Source of the DNA: a virus
Lineage: Duplodnaviria; Caudoviricetes
Strand: one strand, 5' to 3'
Length of the DNA: 64,000 nucleotides
IMG/VR virus record: IMGVR_UViG_3300035208_008180
The first letter of the stretch is position 1; every line of letters begins with the position of its first letter. A program made the translations under genes and the position numbers. The notes below the pieces were generated by a model, which was not told the origin of the DNA, searched no databases, and saw nothing but the letters and a program-made list of their open reading frames with translations. Shown one piece after another: positions 1-6,682 of this stretch.

Positions 1-74
1 AACCTCCATACCGATTGAACGGATTACACGATGTTAACAGCATCGCCGCCTGCCAATTGGCGTACCTCGGAATA

Positions 75-326
75 TTATCGTATCACTTTCGCTTCTAACA
101 ATTTTGTCTGCCGTGGCAGTTGCATCGGCTGCCTTGGCAGCAATCCAGATACTTGTTGCGTCACTGTAATTGATTGTCGCAACACCGCAGCTTGCATAAT
201 GGTCGGAGAAACTACATCCTCAACAAATTGCTCTTCATTAGAATTTAATTCTCCTCGCAAAAGAGCCTCAGCTACAGCTAGTGCTGTCCCGTATTTGTTC
301 AACAGGTCTCTTCCACCAATTCTCAT
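75..326 (-). CDS. hypothetical protein
   Basis: ORF 75..419 trimmed to ATG at 326 because the longer start overlaps tRNA-Asn. Confidence 0.45.
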   Translation of the reverse strand: MRIGGRDLLNKYGTALAVAEALLRGELNSNEEQFVEDVVSPTIMQAAVLRQSITVTQQVSGLLPRQPMQLPRQTKLLEAKVIR

Positions 327-367
327 AGAAACATCCTTATAACAAATACAATTGAATTTGTAAAGAG

Positions 368-441
368 AGGGGGAAGTGAGAATCGAACTCACTACCTTCG
401 GCTTAACAGGCCGACGCATATACCTAATCAGCTTTTCCCCC
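368..441 (-). tRNA. tRNA-Asn(GTT)
   Basis: Cloverleaf GGGGGAA..TTCCCCC; anticodon arm TCGGC-CTGTTAA-GCCGA; T-loop TTCGATT. Confidence 0.93.
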
Positions 442-970
442 GATTATCATAACACCTTTTAAGCAAGTGTTCTGGAACTTCTGTAACGCCATTGCCAACT
501 TCGGCATGGCAATTAGCACACACCAAAACGCATTTATTTGCTTCCGACAACATAACTTCCCAACTTTTGCACAAACCTTGCTGCGAAAGTGAAAACTTTT
601 TATCACAAACATGATGAAACTCTAATGAGCCCTGATATTTGTTGTAACCACAAAGCTCACACCTTCCCCCAAAGTGAGCGACCAATTTTTCTTTTCTTTT
701 TACACGGCTCTTGGTCACAGCTTCCGATCTGCATTTTTTACATCGATATCCCTTGCAATCTCTCACAAACTCCACCGCACCGTGTTTTTTGCATATTGAT
801 GGAACGAACTTGGCAGTTGCATCTATCGTTTCATATTCCAAGTTCTTTGTGTTGTGTCTGCCAAACGGAGAACAAGATAAACAAAACTTACGACGCTGCA
901 AATTTCTTGCTTTTCCATCGACTATTGCTTCGAGCGGAAACTCCTCACCACACTTTTTACATTTTCTCAT
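428..970 (-). CDS. HNH homing endonuclease with N-terminal Zn-finger
   Basis: CELCGY..LEFHH..KCVLVCANCHAEV; start moved to ATG 970 (longer ORF runs through tRNA-Thr); lies between tRNA genes. Confidence 0.85.
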   Translation of the reverse strand: MRKCKKCGEEFPLEAIVDGKARNLQRRKFCLSCSPFGRHNTKNLEYETIDATAKFVPSICKKHGAVEFVRDCKGYRCKKCRSEAVTKSRVKRKEKLVAHFGGRCELCGYNKYQGSLEFHHVCDKKFSLSQQGLCKSWEVMLSEANKCVLVCANCHAEVGNGVTEVPEHLLKRCYDNRGKS

Positions 971-1038
971 ATATAACCTCCATGCTATATATGAGTAATA
1001 AACCAAATGTTTAACAAAAAATATTAAACATTTAGTAG

Positions 1039-1109
1039 AGCCACCAGTGGGAATCGAACCCACGTATCCACTTTACCGAAGTGGCACTCTACCATTGAGT
1101 TACAGCGGC
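1039..1109 (-). tRNA. tRNA-Thr(GGT), atypical C33
   Basis: GCCGCTG..TGGTGGC acceptor; CCACT-TCGGTAA-AGTGG; GTGGG-TTCGATT-CCCAC. Confidence 0.88.
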
Positions 1110-1165
1110 AGACCCGGCCATTATGTTCGTCACCAAAATATGGGAGCGGAACACCGGGTACTTAG

Positions 1166-1238
1166 CGGTGCCAACGAGTGTCGATCTCGTACTTCCTGCT
1201 CGACGGGCAGGTGTGCAGGGCCGCTACACTATGACACC
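1166..1238 (-). tRNA. tRNA-Asp(GTC), atypical C33 and A54
   Basis: GGTGTCA..TGGCACC-G; CCTGC-CCGTCGA-GCAGG; T-loop ATCGACA. Confidence 0.85.
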
Positions 1239-1579
1239 GAATCATCCAAATTCTGAAATGCATAAAGCAATACAAAAAGTTTCAACTTTTGCACTTCATC
1301 AAATTCTTTGTAAGGGATTGCACATCCTTGCTCTTTCATCAACTCCTTTAGTCCTTCAACATCTTCTTCTGGAATTGTGAAATCGCCAAACACATCCTCA
1401 AGCTTCATTCCAACCATCGACATAATGTTGCTGAACGATGGCGGTTCTTCTCGCAATTTCTTTGCGATAACTTGCAAAAGCTTGTCGTCATCAATGGCAT
1501 CTATTTTTGTTTTGACGGTGTGAGCAAACTTGTTTTGGACTGCTTTTTTTCCGCCAAAATATTTGAATACATCAACCAT
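1229..1579 (-). CDS. hypothetical protein
   Basis: 116-aa ORF on the coding strand. Confidence 0.55.
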   Translation of the reverse strand: MVDVFKYFGGKKAVQNKFAHTVKTKIDAIDDDKLLQVIAKKLREEPPSFSNIMSMVGMKLEDVFGDFTIPEEDVEGLKELMKEQGCAIPYKEFDEVQKLKLFVLLYAFQNLDDSVS

Positions 1580-1723
1580 GATTTATACCTTTGGTAGCGG
1601 TATTACAGATGGGTGCTCGTCGTCTATCTCATCCATAATGTCTGGAAATATAATTCGTAACAACAAATTCGCAAACAATATTGTCACCAAAGCCCATGCC
1701 ATGATTTTCCTTCAACTGCCATT

Positions 1724-2065
1724 CTAAATCAACTTCATGCTTTTTTCAATAGCAAGTTCTCGTGATGATCCAATTAATTCGTAAAGCTGATCTGGCAAGG
1801 GGTCGCCCGATTCGGCTTTATTATGGCAACCCTCACAAAGACTAATGCCATTTTCCGCCACATAGCCACCATTCGGCATCGCATCCCTGTCAGTGATGTG
1901 ATGTGCATCCAACTTGGCTCTTGGAATGTCTAAACCTTCAAATTCGCCAGTTTGACTACATTTCCCAGGTTGGCCACAGACCCTACATGCATATCGATCT
2001 CTTTTGAACACAGCTTTACGAAAAACTGATCTTACCGTTTGTTTTTTATGCATGATTTTCTCCAA
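1724..2065 (-). CDS. HNH endonuclease
   Basis: RDRYACRVC..LDAHHI..NGISLCEGCH. Confidence 0.85.
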   Translation of the reverse strand: MEKIMHKKQTVRSVFRKAVFKRDRYACRVCGQPGKCSQTGEFEGLDIPRAKLDAHHITDRDAMPNGGYVAENGISLCEGCHNKAESGDPLPDQLYELIGSSRELAIEKSMKLI

Positions 2066-2068
2066 AAG

Positions 2069-2142
2069 CGAGCGTGACGGGGGTCGAACCCGCTACCCCT
2101 TGATCGACAGTCAAGGATGCAAAACCGTTACACCTCACGCCC
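2069..2142 (-). tRNA. tRNA-Asp(GTC)
   Basis: GGGCGTG..CACGCTC-G; CTTGA-CTGTCGA-TCAAG; TTCGACC T-loop. Confidence 0.92.
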
Positions 2143-2145
2143 AAA

Positions 2146-2369
2146 ATTTGTCATCTCATAAGCGGAATTCTGTTTACAACCATCATTTATCTCACATTGC
2201 TGTGGTCTTTCGACTGCCTCTACCCGACTTCTCAGGGTCACTCACGCCCTCAGTCTGTTTGAGTTGCATCCTCGGTAGTTCGGACGAACAAAGTTCTCCT
2301 ACCTTAAAAGTGATGATGTTCCGACTTTCCTCTACGGATTGCTCCGCAGCGATGGTTCGGATGACAAAT
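2146..2369 (-). ncRNA. rnpB: RNase P RNA, minimal (catalytic domain only, 224 nt)
   Basis: P1 ATTTGTCATC/GATGACAAAT; P2 AACCATC/GATGGTT; P3 CTGCGGA-GCAA-TCCGTAG; CR-I GAGGAAAGTCGGAA pairing with CR-V ACAGAATTCCGCTTA (P4); P5 CATC/GATG; P6 TCACT/AGTGA; P7 GGTAG/CTACC; L15 GGTA; AGATAAAT before the P2 3' strand. Confidence 0.88.
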
Positions 2370-2394
2370 GTATATTAGAGAAAATACGATTTAG

Positions 2395-2467
2395 AGCCAC
2401 CAGAGGGAATCGAACCCACGACAGGCTGATTACAAATCAGCTACTCTACCAACTGAGTTACGGTGGC
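2395..2467 (-). tRNA. tRNA-Thr(TGT)
   Basis: GCCACCG..TGGTGGC; GCTGA-TTTGTAA-TCAGC. Confidence 0.95.
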
Positions 2468-2471
2468 AAAG

Positions 2472-2542
2472 AGCGTCCAGGGAGAATCGAACTCCCAGCT
2501 TGACCTTGGAAGGGTCAGGTATTACCACTATACGATGGACGC
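2472..2542 (-). tRNA. tRNA-Gly(TCC)
   Basis: GCGTCCA..TGGACGC-T; TGACC-CTTCCAA-GGTCA. Confidence 0.95.
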
Positions 2543-2547
2543 AAAAG

Positions 2548-2618
2548 TGGACCGTAGGAGAGTCGAACTCCTGTCTTCGCCGTGCAAGGGCGACGTAATC
2601 CCGTTATACCAACGGCCC
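2548..2618 (-). tRNA. tRNA-Ala(TGC)
   Basis: G3.U70; TCGCC-CTTGCAC-GGCGA. Confidence 0.95.
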
Positions 2619-2972
2619 ATTTCTTTTCCATCCAGAATAATCTCTGGAAGGCTCGCAAAAATGACCCTCTTCATCATAAGGCCATTCTTTATAATAAATC
2701 CAATCCTTTAAGCACTCCTCCCTGATGAATTTGTAGGCAAAAGGTCGAACACGCACCAATTGATCGTAATGTGCTTTGCTCTCAGACCCTGTTCTAATAT
2801 CCTTGATTAAAACAAGTTGCTTCTCATGCTCATGTCCAATTACTTTCCAATATGGACCGTGCAACAAAAAAGCATCCATATCCTGAAACATAAACATTTC
2901 ACCAGTTATCAAATCCTTTGCCTTGACGTGGTATCCTCCCCACCCTGGCTCGTCGCATCGCTTATCACTCAT
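2604..2972 (-). CDS. hypothetical protein
   Basis: 122-aa ORF with GAGGAG RBS. Confidence 0.6.
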   Translation of the reverse strand: MSDKRCDEPGWGGYHVKAKDLITGEMFMFQDMDAFLLHGPYWKVIGHEHEKQLVLIKDIRTGSESKAHYDQLVRVRPFAYKFIREECLKDWIYYKEWPYDEEGHFCEPSRDYSGWKRNGPLV

Positions 2973-2994
2973 TTTTTCTCCTCAGACGCCCATA

Positions 2995-3282
2995 CTAAAC
3001 AACTTTCTTCCAGCCATTCTCGGCTAAAATATTTTCTATTTTTGCAAACTTTCCTTCTTCGTCACATTCAACGTCGAAAGACACTTCAGATAATTTACCA
3101 TCACACGGAGAATAAATAAGCAAATCAGCATTACGAAGACACCAATCCTCCCCAGCCACATCAGGATGCATGCCAGGAAAAACAATGCCATCGCCAGTGT
3201 GCGGAATTATTTCTAATTCCAACTCTTTACTGTAAACTGCATTCTGTGATCCCCAAATAACAACATTGCAATCAATTCTCAT
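2995..3282 (-). CDS. hypothetical protein
   Basis: Start MRIDCN at 3282 after GAGGAG RBS, downstream of tRNA-Val. Confidence 0.6.
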   Translation of the reverse strand: MRIDCNVVIWGSQNAVYSKELELEIIPHTGDGIVFPGMHPDVAGEDWCLRNADLLIYSPCDGKLSEVSFDVECDEEGKFAKIENILAENGWKKVV

Positions 3283-3296
3283 AATTTTCTCCTCAG

Positions 3297-3370
3297 TGGT
3301 CGCAGCAGGGATCGAACCTGCGAGCCTCTCGCACGTCAAGCGAGCGTTCTCCCAACTGAACTATGCGACC
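3297..3370 (-). tRNA. tRNA-Val(GAC)
   Basis: GGTCGCA..TGCGACC-A; CTCGC-TTGACGT-GCGAG. Confidence 0.94.
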
Positions 3371-3374
3371 AAAG

Positions 3375-3448
3375 TCAAGGCGGCGAGAATCGAACTCGCA
3401 ATTTCAAGTCCCCCAGACTTGCGGGATAAACCATTTCCCTACGCCCTG
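3375..3448 (-). tRNA. tRNA-Pro(GGG)
   Basis: CAGGGCG..CGCCTTG-A; CAAGT-CTGGGGG-ACTTG. Confidence 0.93.
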
Positions 3449-4021
3449 TTATTTTCTAACTGCCCAATGGTAATGTATTTTACGATGGCAGTTAGCACAC
3501 AGCACTTTACACTTTGCTATTTCTTTTTTTAAATTGGGCAATCCCCAATCACAAACAGCCCTTGTAATATTGATTTCTTTTTCCCCATCGTGATGAAAAT
3601 CCAAACAACACTCTTCTTTTTCTCCGCACTCTTCACAACAATGCGTTCTTCTATATTCGCTAACAAACGCTCTGTTTCTCTGCCTTTTTACATTACTTGT
3701 TGTGGGTGGACAATCATTGCGATGAATTTTTCTATGACAATTTGCACAAACCACTTCACATTTAGCAATCTCTTTTTTCAATCTTTCTAAACCAAAGCCC
3801 TGAATAGCCGTTGCCACAGAAGTGTCTTTATCTCCAAGATGATGAAGTTGCAAACAAGCAACACACGACTCTCCGCAAGTACAAGCATGTGCTTCTTTGT
3901 ATTGCTCCACATACAGTTTGTTTGCTTGTTTTCTGTTTTTATTTCGATCTCTAAAAATTGCTTTATTTTTCTGAAAATGTTTTCTTTGAAACTCTTTTTG
4001 ATCTTCTTTATTTTTATACAT
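3449..4021 (-). CDS. tandem double-HNH endonuclease
   Basis: Two repeats of C..CGE...CL.FHH...EIAKC.V.CANCHRKIH; stop abuts tRNA-Pro. Confidence 0.87.
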   Translation of the reverse strand: MYKNKEDQKEFQRKHFQKNKAIFRDRNKNRKQANKLYVEQYKEAHACTCGESCVACLQLHHLGDKDTSVATAIQGFGLERLKKEIAKCEVVCANCHRKIHRNDCPPTTSNVKRQRNRAFVSEYRRTHCCEECGEKEECCLDFHHDGEKEINITRAVCDWGLPNLKKEIAKCKVLCANCHRKIHYHWAVRK

Positions 4022-4094
4022 TTGAACCTCACTATATTATATAGTAAGATTCAACTCATTTTAGGTGACTAAATTTATATTTTGTAGAAAAAAG

Positions 4095-4168
4095 TCGGGG
4101 TGGTCGGCTTCGCTCCGACGTTCTTGTGCTCCCGAAGCACATGGGATACTGGACTTCCCCACACCCCG
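4095..4168 (-). tRNA. tRNA-Pro(CGG), non-canonical elbow
   Basis: CGGGGTG..CACCCCG-A; TGTGC-TTCGGGA-GCACA; T-loop AGCGAAG; D-loop has AG for GG. Confidence 0.87.
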
Positions 4169-4171
4169 AAG

Positions 4172-4245
4172 TCAGGGTAGTCGGCTTCGCTCCGACGATC
4201 TCTTGCTCCCAAAGCAAGCGTGATACTAGGCTTCACTATACCCTG
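4172..4245 (-). tRNA. tRNA-Pro(TGG), non-canonical elbow
   Basis: CAGGGTA..TACCCTG-A; CTTGC-TTTGGGA-GCAAG; T-loop AGCGAAG. Confidence 0.87.
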
Positions 4246-4252
4246 CAAACAG

Positions 4253-4323
4253 TCGGTCAGACAAGAATCGAACTTGTTACCCGAGTTCCCAAAACTCGTA
4301 TGTCGCCATTACACCACAGACCG
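4253..4323 (-). tRNA. tRNA-Pro(TGG)
   Basis: CGGTCTG..CTGACCG-A; CGAGT-TTTGGGA-ACTCG. Confidence 0.9.
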
Positions 4324-4326
4324 AAA

Positions 4327-4536
4327 CTAAATCAACGCTTCCATAAAATAATCTTTTTCTTCTGCCACTTTCACAGCGGCAATTTTTATCACATAGCAAT
4401 GCCAAGTCCAAGTGGCCCCACCCCGATCCAGATCAACAGCATAACCAGTTTTCGTGACTTTGATTATTACACCATTACCTGCTCGTATAGGGCACAACAC
4501 TTTAACTCGATCACCGACTGCCAGCAATTTCTTCAT
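4327..4536 (-). CDS. KOW/SH3-like small protein (paralog family)
   Basis: VGDRVKV..G.GVII..; C-terminal DYFMEALI. Confidence 0.7.
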   Translation of the reverse strand: MKKLLAVGDRVKVLCPIRAGNGVIIKVTKTGYAVDLDRGGATWTWHCYVIKIAAVKVAEEKDYFMEALI

Positions 4537-4541
4537 ATCAA

Positions 4542-4811
4542 TTAACTTTGCCAAAGAGGCATCCAGCCAACAATTTCATCATTTTTTATTTTAACAAATC
4601 CATTCATATGATTCAAGGTTTCCCCATTATCCCAGAATCTGACTTCCATTCCTTCGGAATTTTTCATAAAATCAGCAGCATCTTTATCAATTGCATCATT
4701 TAAACCCTGGTCAATATCGATGCCATCTTTTTCCAAGTCGGCTTTGATAAATGCTGCCACATCTTCTATTTTTTGCTTTAGATGTTCTTTTCTCAACCAA
4801 TTATATTTCAT
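4542..4811 (-). CDS. hypothetical protein
   Basis: 89-aa ORF coupled by ATGA overlap. Confidence 0.55.
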   Translation of the reverse strand: MKYNWLRKEHLKQKIEDVAAFIKADLEKDGIDIDQGLNDAIDKDAADFMKNSEGMEVRFWDNGETLNHMNGFVKIKNDEIVGWMPLWQS

Positions 4812-5038
4812 ACAAACGCTTCCATAAAATAATCAATTTCTTTTTCGACCGAAACCAATTCCAACTCATTTTCCCTAAAGCCTAACGACCAGAATTTGTT
4901 ATGCGAATCTTCTATTCTCACGAAAACAAGTGGCAAAGCAACCCCTATAACAACGCCTTGCTGTCCCAGCCACACAAGATTGTTTGGAAATCTCGATGGA
5001 TATTTAACAACAACCCTGTCATCGATTTCAAATTTCAT
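4808..5038 (-). CDS. KOW/SH3-like small protein (paralog family)
   Basis: MKFEIDDRVVV..GQQGVVIG..ENELEL..DYFMEAFV. Confidence 0.7.
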   Translation of the reverse strand: MKFEIDDRVVVKYPSRFPNNLVWLGQQGVVIGVALPLVFVRIEDSHNKFWSLGFRENELELVSVEKEIDYFMEAFV

Positions 5039-5274
5039 ATAAGTGCTTCCATAAAATAATCAATTTCTTCGGCAACCGATGCTAATTCATTTTCTGCAAA
5101 CTGTAAAGAACATGTTCCACTAAAACTTGTTAAATCTGGCAAGACTGTTACGAATTTTAATGAAACCAAATAATAAACTGTCGTTTTTGTGGGCAACCCT
5201 ACAACAACGCCTATAGTGGTTGTCCAAATACTATTTCCAATGACTTTAACTTTATCACCGATTTTGAATTTCAT
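5035..5274 (-). CDS. KOW/SH3-like small protein (paralog family)
   Basis: MKFKIGDKVKV..GVVVG..ENEL..DYFMEALI. Confidence 0.7.
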   Translation of the reverse strand: MKFKIGDKVKVIGNSIWTTTIGVVVGLPTKTTVYYLVSLKFVTVLPDLTSFSGTCSLQFAENELASVAEEIDYFMEALI

Positions 5275-5480
5275 ATCAGTGCTTCCATAAAATAATCTTT
5301 TTTATCTTCAGCTAAAACCAACTCACTTTCTGCAAGTGTTAGTAATGTTTTGGAGCCATCTATTTGCACCAAAAACACAAGCACAGGATTGGTTATAAAG
5401 TCGAGCACGACACCTGTCTCATTTTTCCACTCTGACGACGACGTAACGACTTTAACTCGATCACCTATTTTGAATTTCAT
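5271..5480 (-). CDS. KOW/SH3-like small protein (paralog family)
   Basis: MKFKIGDRVKV..GVVLD..ESEL..DYFMEALI; ATG 6 nt after TGCTATAAT (leaderless). Confidence 0.7.
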   Translation of the reverse strand: MKFKIGDRVKVVTSSSEWKNETGVVLDFITNPVLVFLVQIDGSKTLLTLAESELVLAEDKKDYFMEALI

Positions 5481-5503
5481 AAATTTATTATAGCATAAGA
5501 CGA

Positions 5504-5592
5504 AAAAAAACGAGAGGTGTCCTCCCAATTAGACGACCAGCGGCTTTCGCAACCAAGTGGGACTCGAACCCACATTTCCTCTCTGCTTTCTT
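5504..5592 (-). ncRNA. circularly permuted tRNA-like RNA (YrlA-like topology)
   Basis: 5' stem AAGAAAGCAGAGAGG, T-arm GTGGG-TTCGAGT-CCCAC, acceptor-like stem closed by GAAA, D-arm GTCT-AATTGGGA-GGAC, 3' stem CCTCTCGTTTTTTT; no anticodon loop. Confidence 0.75.
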
Positions 5593-5597
5593 AAAAG

Positions 5598-5671
5598 TAC
5601 CCCGTATGGGATTCGAACCCATGATTTTCACCTTGAGAGGGTGACGACATAAACCGTTAGTCCAACGGGGC
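5598..5671 (-). tRNA. tRNA-Glu(CTC)
   Basis: GCCCCGT..ACGGGGT; TCACC-CTCTCAA-GGTGA. Confidence 0.93.
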
Positions 5672-5676
5672 ATGAG

Positions 5677-5749
5677 TAGCCGCAGGGTGAATCGAACACC
5701 CGTTTCCACCGTGTAAGGATGGCACTAAATACCACTCAGTTATGCGGCC
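5677..5749 (-). tRNA. tRNA-Val(TAC)
   Basis: GGCCGCA..TGCGGCT-A; CCATC-CTTACAC-GGTGG. Confidence 0.92.
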
Positions 5750-5762
5750 ATAAATAATATAG

Positions 5763-5834
5763 TAGCCCGTGACGGTTTCGATCCGTCTTCCGCTGCCTGA
5801 AAAACAGCTATCCTAGCCAGTAGACGAACGGGCC
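5763..5834 (-). tRNA. tRNA-Glu(TTC)
   Basis: GGCCCGT..ACGGGCT; GCTGT-TTTTCAG-GCAGC; T-loop ATCGAAA. Confidence 0.88.
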
Positions 5835-5844
5835 ATAACTAAAG

Positions 5845-5917
5845 TACCCTGTACGGGATTCGAACCCGTAATTTTCAGCTTGAAGGGCTGACGACATAAC
5901 CGTTAGTCCAACAGGGC
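5845..5917 (-). tRNA. tRNA-Glu(TTC), atypical C33
   Basis: GCCCTGT..ACAGGGT; TCAGC-CCTTCAA-GCTGA. Confidence 0.9.
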
Positions 5918-5921
5918 AGAA

Positions 5922-6061
5922 ATGCATGGGATGATTCTTTCACTCTTCTAAGGAACGAAGCCGTAGCCGAATCTAATCAGGTGGCCATCTCCCTTTTGAT
6001 TCTACACCTACTTTATTTCGGAGCAAGCCCCCTAAAAAAGTGAAAGAATCACCCCATGCAT
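5922..6061 (-). ncRNA. putative rod-shaped structured RNA (about 140 nt)
   Basis: About 30-bp closing stem ATGCATGGGGTGATTCTTTCACT.../...AGTGAAAGAATCATCCCATGCAT (G.U pairs only on minus strand); inner helices CCGAA/TTCGG and AGGTG/CACCT. Confidence 0.6.
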
Positions 6062-6087
6062 GTTACATGCATTTGGAAATTTAACCG

Positions 6088-6101
6088 AATTGTCAAAGAT
6101 C
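6088..6101 (-). promoter_or_regulatory. boxA-like antitermination motif GATCTTTGACAATT
   Basis: Resembles rrn-leader boxA; identical 14-mer at 42246-42259 in the other tRNA array. Confidence 0.6.
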
Positions 6102-6158
6102 GGAGGGTTTACGACTACTTGCTTACCAAGCGTATTCGTCGTCCTACACCCACAGGTT

Positions 6159-6443
6159 TTACTTGAGGACTCTATCGAGCCACCAAGCGAAGTCTTTCAA
6201 CTCTGGATCGTTGTAAAGTTCGTGTTTGAAAAGAAGTTTTCGTTTGATGTCTTCTCTCCACATTTTAACCACTACATCCATCCAGTGTTTTCCGACCACG
6301 TATCCATTTATTTTGTTATCAAAAAGGTTGATTTTCATATTGCCTATACCTCGGGTTTCCCAGAGGTAAGCTTCCATCGCCGCCTCATCCGAAAAATCAA
6401 AATGTTCTTCGGAGAAGTAGCGGTAGATCGGCTTGAACTTCAA
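6159..6443 (-). CDS. hypothetical protein, first ORF after attenuator A
   Basis: 94-aa ORF. Confidence 0.55.
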   Translation of the reverse strand: MKFKPIYRYFSEEHFDFSDEAAMEAYLWETRGIGNMKINLFDNKINGYVVGKHWMDVVVKMWREDIKRKLLFKHELYNDPELKDFAWWLDRVLK

Positions 6444-6489
6444 CCAATTTTCACTGATGCCAAACGCATTTTATTTCCCCTTTGTCAAT

Positions 6490-6527
6490 AAAAAAACCCG
6501 GACTCAAGTTTCCTTGATCCGGGTTTT
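6490..6527 (-). terminator. attenuator A intrinsic terminator
   Basis: AAAACCCGGATCAAG-GAAA-CTTGAGTCCGGG followed by T7. Confidence 0.85.
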
Positions 6528-6577
6528 GATTTTCTTCCGGCTCAAGGTTTTGCCCCTGAGCCTTGTCTAGCTCAGGG

Positions 6578-6682
6578 TCAAATGGCGGTATTATCTTCGA
6601 CTTCTGGACGTACCGCCACTGTGGGTATTGTTGTACCCTCAGGTGCCGGTCGTCTTGTTGTTCCGAAGAAATTACTCATCAT
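6578..6682 (-). CDS. leader peptide A (MMSNFFGTTRRPAPEGTTIPTVAVRPEVEDNTAI)
   Basis: 34-aa ORF whose stop abuts the first attenuator helix; composition matches downstream tRNAs. Confidence 0.75.
   Translation of the reverse strand: MMSNFFGTTRRPAPEGTTIPTVAVRPEVEDNTAI

Noticed and set aside
5488-5709. ORFs overlapping tRNA genes (also 2463-2711, 4126-4545, 40317-40589, 41769-41966)
   Set aside because: They are translations of tRNA sequence on either strand.
5922-6061. SRP (4.5S) RNA
   Set aside because: No domain IV CAGG..GRAA..AGCA motif.
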